From contig DF237565.1 in the NCBI GenBank assembly GCA_000708835.1, positions 1 through 51,019 on the forward strand: DNA of 51,019 bases, in the 5' to 3' direction. The translations under genes were made by a program, and so were the position numbers. The notes under the pieces were generated by a model. That model was not told where the DNA came from and searched no databases. It worked only from the letters and a program-made list of their open reading frames with translations. This stretch comes from Klebsormidium nitens. Taxonomy: Eukaryota > Plantae > Klebsormidiophyceae. Shown here piece after piece: positions 1 to 10,258 of the stretch; position 1 is the first letter of the stretch; every line of letters begins with the position of its first letter.

Positions 1-740
1 AAATTTGATGTGTGATCAACCGGACCCTTTCCGGCCAAACAGCCGTCCGAACCTGTCGATGGACGGAAATGTTTGCGATCATGTGTGATCGCTGTATCAG
101 ACTGCCAGCTCGGTCACCGGTCTGAGCCTTGAGGACTCCTGACTCCGAAAGTGACCGTCCGTGGACGGGTCACACTTCTCTTATCCTCTGAAAAGTTCTC
201 ACATCTAGGAGAGCTTTCTCATCGATCTTGAGTCTTGAGTCTTGACTCATCTGTGCAAATCCGCAACTGGTCACTTTATAACTTTAACATCAACGAACTG
301 GGCGGTGGATAATCTCCGCGATTATGACACTGGGGTTGTTCAGCTACAAACCAATGATCATATGCAGCCGAAGTGTCGCAGGACGCATGCTCTAACCATT
401 GTACTTCGACGTCGGATTCAACTTATGAACGCGCTTAAACTTTGGCAAGTCTCTCTATGTTTGAGACAGCAACTGCGAATAAACTAGCAGTCTAGCAGTC
501 CAAGCGGCGCGCGGGCAATGGGGAGGAGTCCGGCCACATGGCTACCAAACAAAAGAAGCCCCTCGCATCAAAGGCGTATAACCCGTAACAAATAACCGGT
601 AGCAGCAGACTGCCTTGCACGAATGTCCCTCTAATGATTAGCTTAGCAGCAATACCTTGCTTCAGCTATCTGATATCCCTCAACAGCAACACAGATTGAG
701 TGCAAACGACATGACCTGGCAGCAAAGCGTGACTATATAT

Positions 741-3700
741 CTAACCTCGTTGATCTCGCAAGCTCGAATCACTGAGTCCTAGCTGCGCCCCTGCTGTTTG
801 CTCTCCTAGGCTCGCATCCTGCGTCCCTAAACCTGGAAGCAAATCGTCTAGAGGCATGAACGTACTCAGGCCGGCAGCTGACTGGCTACCCCCCCGTGGC
901 GACACGTATGTCTCTTTGAACCAAGTGAGCGGGTCCTCGTCCGGAGATCCCGGCCTCTCTTCCTGCGCCCACAAGCCGCCATTTTCAACGCCTTCCCTCC
1001 CAGGACCGCTTTCCTCAACCTGATTTAGCGACCCACTAACTCCTAGCGTGCTGCTAACCCCCAGCGTGCCGCTAACCCCTTCTTGGAATGTGGATCCGCC
1101 CGGACGCAAATCGTTCTGAGCATTCCGCCCTTCCGCTCCCCCATCCGTCCTCATATGGTCCTCCGCTACTGCAGCACTAAGACCCCCTGCGCCTGCACCA
1201 CCCATCCTACCTCCCACGTCATCATTCGCAGAAATGGTGCTTGACGCAGGCGGGGCCACGTCAGCACGCGCAGAGGCACCGCCAGCTGGCGCTGGCGGCG
1301 TCACGTCAGCAGCGGGTTTCTTTTGCTCCTTGGCCAGCTGCGCAGCGAACGCCTTCCGGAGCTTAGCAGCGTCGGCGTTTGCCGCGCCAGCACCGGAGGC
1401 GGGGCCGTCCCCGCGAGGAGCCGCGCCATTGGTGGGTGACGTCAGAGCTGCAAGAGCAGTCACGTCGCTGACGTTACTTTGTAGAACCGAAGTCGTAACG
1501 AGCGATAGCAAGGAGATGATTGTAAGATCAGACCGCTTGGTCGTCATGAAAGAGTTGTTGTGAGAACTCAAGGCAAGGCAGTGGCTCAAACCGAAGCCAA
1601 ATAAAAGTCGGACTCATGCGACAGCTTAATAATCGTAAGGGTTTTGCTTTCACAAGAAGGGCAGCGGGCTCACCTTTGACCCTCTTCTTTTCGATAGCCA
1701 CAAAGGCAACCCCGCTGGCGCCCTTCTTCTCCATCAATGACAGCTGTACGTATGTAACAGGAGGAAGGAGTAAGTCGGTTGCATTAGAACCCCTTGCTAT
1801 AATAACCACCCTTGATAGGCAACAAAACCCCCTGCCCGCAGTTGTCCCATGTTTCCTCAATAGTTACTGTACCGCCCATGCCATGACATCGAAAGACCAG
1901 ATTCCGTGCTCGACGCACAAACAGAGAAGCAGACGCTTGCATGCTCCCCGATGCCGTCACATCTACGTACCCCTTCGCGCACACCAGCGGTGCACTCACC
2001 CATTCCGACAGCCGCGTCCCCGGCAGCGCCGCGAGGCGGATCGTCTCCTTCCATTTCTTGGCGCGGCTCCCCGTGTGCGCCTCGTACTGCTGACACGTCA
2101 GCAGCTTCCCGGCGGCCCCGCATTGTGCGCAGCGGCAGGCCACCATGTGCTGCGCGGGGATGTAGTCTGCCTGCGTGCCGTTGCAAACCACCGGAACTGT
2201 GGCGGGTACTGCGCCGTCCTTCGCGTCCAGCCTGAGAGAAGCGATTCAGGACTGTTAGCCGTAGGTCCGAGAGCCGGGTTTTCAATACATTCCAAGAGCC
2301 AGGTTTTCAATTCTTTTGACTTGGGAAGTGAGAACTCATGGGAGTGTTCAGGCAGCGGATGAGTCACTCGAAGGGGGCGTCGATATACAGACTTCACGTC
2401 AAGGCAAGGGCTACGTTTGTAGGTTCGCCAGGAGATGCGACGAAGTGGTCGCAGAAAGGCGACGAGCAAGGTGGCAAGCCTGCTCTCAAGTCGCCTTTGG
2501 CTGATTGGTCATTCAATGCCCTCTTACCGTGCTTGATTGGTACGCCTCAAGTTGCTATTACAAACAATAGACGCAAACAGAAAATGTCACCCTTTCAGCA
2601 AACAGCTCTTTGCTGTGCCGTCAAAATTCTCTACGAAGTCGAGGCACACCGCGCACTGTACGGACCCTTGATTCCGACAGACAGGAACGGAGTTCAGTAA
2701 CTGACTAAACGGAAAGTGCGACCTCTCCAAGACCAAAGAGAAAGGATGATCCAACTCTCAACCTGCTGAGCGACATAGTAACTCTTCTCTGCCGTTTTGA
2801 CAGCACCGCAGCAAAGAAAGTACTTCGCTGGAGTGTTGTAAATACTGGAAAAGGCGCTGCCAAAGACGAAAAAGTGTCCCGCTCACCCCTCTGCCGAGAG
2901 CTTCTCCCCAAGCGGCGGCAGCGCAGGCATCACGAGCGGCGGCCGGGGCGGCCCCCCGACCTTCTTGCCCGCCGACTTCGGTCGCTTGATCGGGCCACCC
3001 TCCCCGTCTTCCCGTTTCCGCTTCAGCTTCTTCTTCGGCACCCTCGGCAGGCCGCTTTCCTCCGCACCCCCAACCCGCGCCATCTTCAGTTTCTTGGCGC
3101 CCTTTTGGAGCTTCCCGAGTCGTTTGAGCATCAGCGTGTGCTTCTCGCCGTTCTGCAGCGCCTTTTTGGGCTTCGGTGGGCCCACCCGGGTGGCTCCCCC
3201 GGGCCGCATGCTCTCGAACTTGCGCCGTTTACGGGGCTCGAGCAGCGTCACGCGGTGCTTGCGGGGGGTCGGGGGCGCGGTGCCTGGTCGAGACAAAGAG
3301 CACTTTTCAGTGGCACGATGAAGGAAACTATCCGTCGTAACAGAGCAGCAATATGCACGCTAGCAACCCCTTTGAGAAAGTCCTTTGTTATGCACGCAGA
3401 CTTCAATTTCACGAGCAAAAGAATTGACCATTCCCAATCTCAAGACCCGGCTTTTGAGTACTTCAGGAGGAGTTGCCACTTCGGGCGATCCTCTCTCTTC
3501 AAAGCGGATCAGTGAGTCGCAGCTGTCTCATCCGTCGAAGAGCTAGAACTGGTTGATCTGAACGACCCGTTCAAATCTAGAACCTCCAAGCAGCGAGGAA
3601 GGATAACCGAGGGCTTGCCTTCTGGGTACGGCTCAGTGGGCGGCGGGAAGAAGCTCTTGGCAGCCTCCCAGTCGATGCCCATCGTCAGCAGCTCCATGAT

Positions 3701-6122
3701 GTCTTCTTGCAACTCGTCAGGGGAGCGGGCGGAAGCGGCCGAGACGCGCCAGTACTGGGCCTGTAGGAAAAGCGGGGGCAAACTAAGATAAATGGCTCCT
3801 AGTCACGATGATGGACCCTGCAGCGGCCTCGAGGATAATTTCATCCAGAAGTGGCAAGAGGGGAAAACCGGAAGACTTGAACCGTTGATGGAAATTTGCA
3901 AACGAAGTTGCGCCTTGTCAGGCGAAAGTAGTATACAGTAACCAACATGTTCAAACCCCGTGAACATCATCAAAAGGAGTCTCTAATGAGAACAGGAGTG
4001 ATTGATGGGAATCGGCAGGAGTCGCAAAGCCCTAAAAAAAAAGAATCCACAGTTGGCGTTAAAGAGAGGGCAACAAGGTTCAACGAAGTCAGGCCACAGC
4101 AACCTTGCATTCTGTTGTTTCGTAGCGCAAAGCTCTGCAGAGGCCGATGAAAAGATCCAGTCTGGCAGCCTACCTCTTCGCTCCACCACTGCGTGGTCAC
4201 ATTCGGCTTGATCTGCAACACCAAAGGGAACGGGGGAACAATTTAAGCACGAAGCCACCCAAAAAAGATGTAATAATAACCACAGAGAGGGTTCGGCACA
4301 GACACATTTTGGCACCGTTAAGGTCGGCGCATTCATGGCTGGCTCCTAATTGCATGTCATACCGAGAAACTTAACCCAGAAAGGAAGCCGACAGAGTTTA
4401 CGCTCAATATCTACCGCCGCGAATCGTGTTCTTCCGATCACTGTTGACAATTCCAAGACATTAAAAAGGGCCATGATTCAAATTGTACTCCTCTCAAAGC
4501 TTACATCCCGAAGTGTAGACACTAATAGAAGCTTTTGGAAAGACCACATAACAGACTCCAAACTTTCCGGCTCAGCTTTTCTCCGAATCTTACAGTGGCT
4601 TGTAGTCGTTGCGCAATCATAGGCATCGCAAGTCAGCTAAGTGTGCCGCAACGCCTAGGTTCCTCTTCAGGATCTAGCTGCGGTGAATGATACCTACCTC
4701 TTGGGAGAGGAAGACGAGCATCATTGCCAGGTCCTCCACTGTCTTTGATGTGGCGACCGACGTGCGCCAGACCTGCCAGATCGAGTCGCTCTCCGTCACC
4801 AGAGCTTCCACCGGCAACCGGTCCTCTGCAAAGATGAATCGGTTTAGAATCTGCAATTCTTGGGACGCCCGATTATTTTGCCTTCCTTCAGGTGATGCAG
4901 ACAACATGAGGAGCCCCTTTGGAAAACCGGCAGATCGTGAAGGTTCTGGACATATCGTTGAGTGTGATTCACTCCAAGCCCTGAAGGTTTGAACTGCATG
5001 GAACTTCAAAGTATGTATACAAATTGCTTATGCCGCCCTACGCAGTACTGCAACAGCTTGCATTTATGCTCCTCCAGGGGCGGGTAAAACAAATCACTTA
5101 GTTTTTGCCCAGATGTGATGTACCTTTCTCTTACTGAAGTATGACAATACCACCAAGTTTTTCAGCGTTTTCCAAAGGTTTTTCGTACAAGGAACTCCTT
5201 GTAGAAGGGACTTCTACCATCTGCAGGTCAATCGGCTTTTTGCCAAAACATGAAAGATTTGAACCGACACCACTAAGAAAGCATGCCGTGAATCATACAA
5301 TCTGGACCCTCAAACAGGTAAAGCCTTTTCAAATTCACCCCCCTCCCGGTGCAGATGAGATGGACGTAAGTAAGCCAATCAACTGTGAGCTTCTGAAAAT
5401 AATTCGGTCGTCCTTGATTCGAGGACTTTCTTATCCAAGCAGCAGCCTACCTTCCATCAATCTCAGGATGCGAAAAGCAATCAGGGACCGTCTCTTCAGA
5501 AACAGGCAATGTAGAGAGAGTGGTGGTACAGGGATCTGGAACAACTGCGGATGCGGAAATTGTGGGGAAAGATGGCTTTTGAACTACGTCCAATGGGCGC
5601 CAGAATCAAGCACGCGCTGCACAAGAAGGATGCATCAAGTATCCGTCTCAACCAAACCCAGATGCTTGTGCCGATCTAGGAAGGGACAGGTATCTTGGGC
5701 TCATACCACCTTTGAAATGGGCCTAGTCACTCGTAAAGCAAGTGAAAGGACCACTCTCTGAGCAGAAGAAAATGCTCACCAATATCGTGCATCGCCTTTC
5801 CCAGCTTCCTGAGCTGCTGAATGACCGGGTTCCCACTCTGCGACACTCTTCCCCCCCGCACTTCAGCCACCTCAAAGACCGCTGCCGACGAGCGTGCCTG
5901 CTCTTTTGTCGGGTCTTCCAAGCTGAACACAATCGACCCATCCTCAAAGTCGGCAATGTCAATGTCCTCCTGCTCTTCATTCTCAGGGTAGAGAACGGTC
6001 ATCTTCGTGCCGTCATCTTTGAAGCCCCCCACCTGGCCCCGATAGAACGTCTGGTCGTCGTCCCAGAAAATCCAGATCGGCGTGCCGATCGGGAGCTCGG
6101 TCACGCTCTCTTTCTTCCCCAT
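741..6122 (-). CDS. Multi-exon putative chromatin protein (~691 aa): N-terminal Tudor-like domain, two WHIM3-like helical motifs, Lys/Arg-rich region, SAND-like Cys/His domain, low-complexity Ala/Gly/Ser tail
   Basis: Exons joined by splice consensus and phase: 6122-5780, 5220-5189 (least certain), 4850-4698, 3760-3619 (GC donor), 3283-2887, 2231-2000, 1743-1674, 1447-741. They sum to 2076 nt in one open frame. An AG acceptor 9 nt upstream of the ATG (6133-6132) means an upstream UTR or coding exon is possible. The small-exon structure between 5780 and 4850 is uncertain. Confidence 0.72.
1720..2200 (-). other. SAND-like domain of gene 1 (resembles the SAND-like region of plant ATX3/4/5 and ULTRAPETALA)
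   Basis: Spliced peptide VVCNGTQADYIPAQHMVACRCAQCGAAGKLLTCQQYEAHTGSRAKKWKETIRLAALPGTRLSEW|LSLME contains CxCxxC, ExH and a KKWK motif equivalent to the SAND KDWK motif. Confidence 0.75.
3284..3618 (-). other. GC-AG intron in gene 1
   Basis: The next exon (starting 3283) needs a phase-1 donor. The only phase-1 GT in the frame is a poor A|GTTCTA, while GAAG|GCAAGC is a phase-1 donor with strong GC-donor consensus. Confidence 0.65.
5950..6095 (-). other. Tudor-like domain of gene 1
   Basis: IGTPIWIFWDDDQTFYRGQVGGFKDDGTKMTVLYPENEEQEDI fits the Tudor pattern V.V.W..D..(W/F)Y.G.V..(Y/F).....V.Y...E.E, and the candidate aromatic-cage residues are present. Confidence 0.75.
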
Positions 6123-6770
6123 TGCCGGAGCCTTTAGAAGACGTTAGCAGCTTTCTATAAAAGAATCACCTTCAAAGACAGAATCAGTGATGAATCAGTG
6201 ATGTATCATTTCTTCAGCAGGTCAGTGGGCACTTTCATCAAAATGGTTAGGACCTATCTCCCTCTGCATTGTCCTACCTAAATTTAAAACCTTCTTTCTT
6301 GAAGGACCATCAAACAGGCGTCGCTCAGCTGAAGGATCATCAACTGTACATCTTCACTTCACGTGCCTACCTATTGTCAGAAATTTGCGTTCATGAGTGT
6401 AGCTACAGCCTCAGGTCACAGCCTCAGGATGACAAAATGCATCATTCTCTGTACTGTGCTAGCTTGAGCTGTCCAATCCGATCGAACGGCATTGCGCTGT
6501 CGAAGTGACGGATTCGACAACATCGTGCGGTCTCAGCGACTTTCAGCTTACCCACGTGTTAGTACGTCAGCAGGCCCGTTTTGGCGCCAACTGTTATTGA
6601 ACGGGTCAGAGAAGAGAACCCCGCCTCTAAACCAGTGATAGCTTTCACGGGCGTCAGCCTGACATGGAGGAAAACCTGACGGTGAAGAGCCAAAGCAGCT
6701 AGAGCCAAAACCAAAGCTTTGCCCTGTCCTTGTTTGGAGAAACGCCACAGCGCATCTACTTAGGAGAAAA

Positions 6771-9091
6771 ATGGGGTCCACTGATGTTGCAACGTTTTCC
6801 AACACACTAGCAAGCGCAAAGTTGTTTGGTCAGCAACTTCATGTATCACAACAGGCCGCCACAGACAAGCTGCGGCCGCACCGAGTTGTAAGGAGTGCAT
6901 GCATCGCTAGAAGGACACAATGTAGTTTGTGCAAAAGGGTTATGCAAGCCGGTTCAGGCAGAGGCTTTGGCGGTGGCACCGGGTCTAGGAAACATGCAAG
7001 AAGAAACACTGGAGAGCATGGGGGCTGGCAAAAGGTGTTGGAGCCCTCAAGAAGGAGTTCTGCCCCTCGAAGCACTCTGCAAGACGCTGAACGAGAGACG
7101 GATGTTGGGCGTGAGTCTGAAGACGTTGAGAAGATTAAGAAGGGGCTGATTGGCAGGTCGCAAGCACTGAAACTGGTGGACAAATATCTTGAGGGCGATG
7201 ACGAACGGAGTGCGGTAGCTGTCGCGAGAGCTCTAGTGGGCATCGAGGGGGGTCTGCGTGCATTTGGCACGGCCCAACAGGTTCCGCAACGCCAGTACAC
7301 GCTACAGGACCTGCGGTTGAATAAGATTGAGCCCGTGCGGTTTCTGTCACCCACAGACAGCACGCTGAATAAAGTCCGGACGTCTGCACAGGTTGCGCTT
7401 CTTTCTGGGATTGGTTCGCTGTACTACTTTGGGCACTGGGACATGACGCAGTTGTTGGGGCTGGTGGTCGGCCTGCTGTTCGTTGGATCCGTTGATCAGG
7501 TAAGTATGTTTTGGTGAAGAGAGAAACTTTTAGAAAGGTGTGCTTGGGTCTTATATTGTTTGCCATGTGTGAGACGGCGTTTTCAATAACTACCTGGTGC
7601 ATTTGAAGTTCGAGATGGTCTCTGCCGCAACACTCCAATTGCCACCACTGCTAAGGAGAAACAACAGCAACTCCAGAGTTAATCAATTCTTCAGTGACTC
7701 TGCGGACAACGACATCGCCCAACAAAAACAACCCTGCAATCACTCCACACTACCAAGTTCTTACAATAAACTTTGCAGAAGTCAAAAATGCAGATTCAGA
7801 CGCATCAACCCTCAAATGGGAATCAGGTGTAATTATTGATCAGTGCGATCTTCTTCACAGATTGTGAATGGTGGCGGCGGAGAGGGGCTGATTCTTGACA
7901 CCGCCGGCAACCTGCTGAGCTCCCGGTACAGGGACCGCGTGAGCCAGCACGAGGCGGGACATTTTTTGGTGTCATACCTTCTGGGCGTGCTTCCCCGCGC
8001 CTACACTCTGTCTAGTCTGAATGCGTTGACGAAATATGGGGCGCTGAACCTGCAAGCGGGGACTCGTTTCGTGGACTACGACTTTCAAGAGGAGGTCAAG
8101 ACTGGGAAGCTGCAAAGCAAGGTGAGCCGCGACTTACTGAACTTTTTGGTTTGTTGGCGGCATTTCAATCGGAGAACTTCCTGTAGTACAACTTTCTGCT
8201 TGTTCTTCCTACTAACAGGTGCATGAACACATGACGAGACTGATCTCAGATACTTTGCAAAAATCCGAGCTGGTCTGGGCAGCGAGGCCGTACGGAGTAG
8301 CAACAGGTGAGTTTAAACTCCTCCTGAGTTACTCGTTTGCTGTTCCTGAGGAATCGTGTATTTTTCCTGACAGTGTTCCTCCTCTGTTGCAGACGGTAGA
8401 TTCTTTCACATGCATTGCGCTGGCGGGTGTTGCGACGGAGTACTTGAGGTTCGACCTTGCCGAAGGGGGCCTTAACGATATTAACCAGGTAAGGGCTTGC
8501 AGACGTTATAAGGAATGCACTACTGCCTCGGTTTTAAGCAGATCTTATATCTAGTCAATCGGGGCCTTCCACTCATTTGAAAGATTGTCAGCTTGCTGTC
8601 ATTGCAAGTGGTAATTCTCTTGTTGGTGCTCATCATGTTCGCTTTTTTCCAATCAACCTGGTTTCCAGGACTTCGAGAATGTCCTTTGTCAGCCCCCGAC
8701 GGATATACATACCATCTGTTTGAACACAAGGATTACCACCCTGTCTGACACAGCGTTTGAATGACCTGGAAGGCCTGAGTGTTGGTTTTGCCGTGAAGGT
8801 GGGGCTTCGTATCCTACTTGAACCTGCTTCTAAGGACTACACCTGCAAGACGCCCTCTCGATGCATTTCCTCTTCTCGGTTTTGCAGCTCGATTCTTTGC
8901 TTCGATCGCTAGGCTTTAGCCAGAAGAAGGCGGACTCGCAGATCCGTTGGGCGGTGCTGAACACTGTCACGCTGTTGCGGCGCCACGAAAAGGCGCACAG
9001 GGCGCTAGTCGGCGCCATGATTGCTGGGAAGTCAGTGGGGGAGTGCATCGGAGTGATTGAAGGCGAGTTGAAGAATGTTACTGATATCTGA
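6771..9091 (+). CDS. Plastid-targeted FtsH/M41-like zinc-metalloprotease-motif protein lacking the AAA domain ('stress regulated protein' At5g27290 / VIR3-like family), ~429 aa
   Basis: Exons 6771-7499, 7861-8121, 8393-8488 and 8888-9091 (1290 nt), all GT-AG and phase 0. It has a Ser/Arg/Ala-rich N-terminus resembling a transit peptide, two hydrophobic segments, RVSQHEAGHFLVSYLLG (HExxH at 7948-7962), EGGLND, and C-terminal LGFSQKKADSQIRWAVLNTVTLL. Confidence 0.88.
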
Positions 9092-9399
9092 TTATGGTCG
9101 GAGGAGTTTGCGGAAGCTTGTTTTCTTGTCCTTGATTGATGCGTTGACTGTATGAAATGTATTTTAGGTTCGACAAGGATCACTTGATGTATCATGTTCG
9201 TGTGATTGGGAAACGAGTTAAAACTTGCTCACCAAGTAGGGAACTCAACCGGTATCTGACTGCAAGCTTGATTCACCGTCCAACTAGTGAGAAAAACTAG
9301 TTGTGCACAATCGTGCCCAGTAAATCGTTGGCTTCTGTTGACTCCGGGCCCTTGTATATGCGCTGCAATAATGTTCAATAAGCCTTGAACAGGTTGACC

Positions 9400-9790
9400 G
9401 TACGTCCATGTGCATGCATATCACTATAGGGGGATCCTCATGTAATGTTACTATAACATGCATGCGGGTACGTTGGATTGAACTAATAACGGCATGGATC
9501 GATCATGCATGATTCCGACACATGTGTTGCAATGTATCGCATGCGCCCATGCACGTGAGGATATATATGCCGCGCCAAGCTTGAAATCAATTTGGACATT
9601 GATGTTCAGGCTTGAGTATATAGTCTAGGACTCAGCTTGGCCATATATTATCAATAATTAGTCACTAGTGCATGAATGATTGTACGATTCATATACATTA
9701 TTGCACAAATGGACGGTGCAGGCCTGTGGCCCAGACTATAGTAGGGGTCACTAACATGCATAGTTTTAGGTCATACGTGATCCGTCACAA
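9400..9790. other. CATG/TGCA-rich, AT-rich intergenic island between convergent genes
   Basis: About a dozen CATG tetramers in ~380 bp, including CATGCA at 9413, 9457, 9503, 9548 and 9756, and an overlapping CATGCACGTG at 9548-9557. Confidence 0.6.
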
Positions 9791-10258
9791 AGTGAGCGAC
9801 TGAGTCGGAGCAATTGCGCGCGGCTCCATCAACGCTGCCCTGTCTTTCAGGCCACACATTAATGGCAAGAGGCATTTACGCCATACCAAAAAGACCTTGA
9901 TGTGGCTAATGAGCATGTGGGCTGACAACACGCGTCGTGACAACATCCTCTGCAACTGACAGTAGACTTCGCACATCACTAAGTGAATACTGCACCAACA
10001 GAAAGTGCCCTGCTAACGGAGTAACTCATTCACTTCAACCTACCACAAACATGTTGTAGACACCGTTTGCCGCATACGACGACGCTACTACCCCGCTACT
10101 CAGCAAAAGCATCCTACCGCTTGATAGCAATGATCCAAAACTCCTTCGCCTTCCGTCTCGAGCTCTGCGCTTTATCACCCTAGTACATTGCCGCCCCTCT
10201 CTTTCTGTTTCCGGTTTTACTCCCTCGCAAGGGAACACTGGGCTTCCCTGCCGCCCCT

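Noticed and set aside
21-175. Imperfect hairpin GTGACCGTCC-GT-GGACGGGTCAC (151-173) and a repeated atgtgtgatc near the window start
   Set aside because: Could be a transposon end, but there is no partner terminus, target-site duplication or transposase in the window.
1050-1100. 18-bp tandem repeat encoding GVSGTL/GVSSTL/GVSGSL
   Set aside because: Ordinary low-complexity coding repeat in a disordered tail.
2874-3515. 213-aa plus-strand ORF, and similar ORFs 1616-2362 and 1234-1563
   Set aside because: Antisense shadows of GC-rich gene-1 exons with no recognisable motifs.
5141-5761. 206-aa plus-strand ORF inside gene-1 introns
   Set aside because: No domain resemblance or coding-like codon bias, and it lies antisense within another gene.
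6839-7363. 174-aa minus-strand ORF
   Set aside because: Antisense to exon 1 of the M41-like gene.
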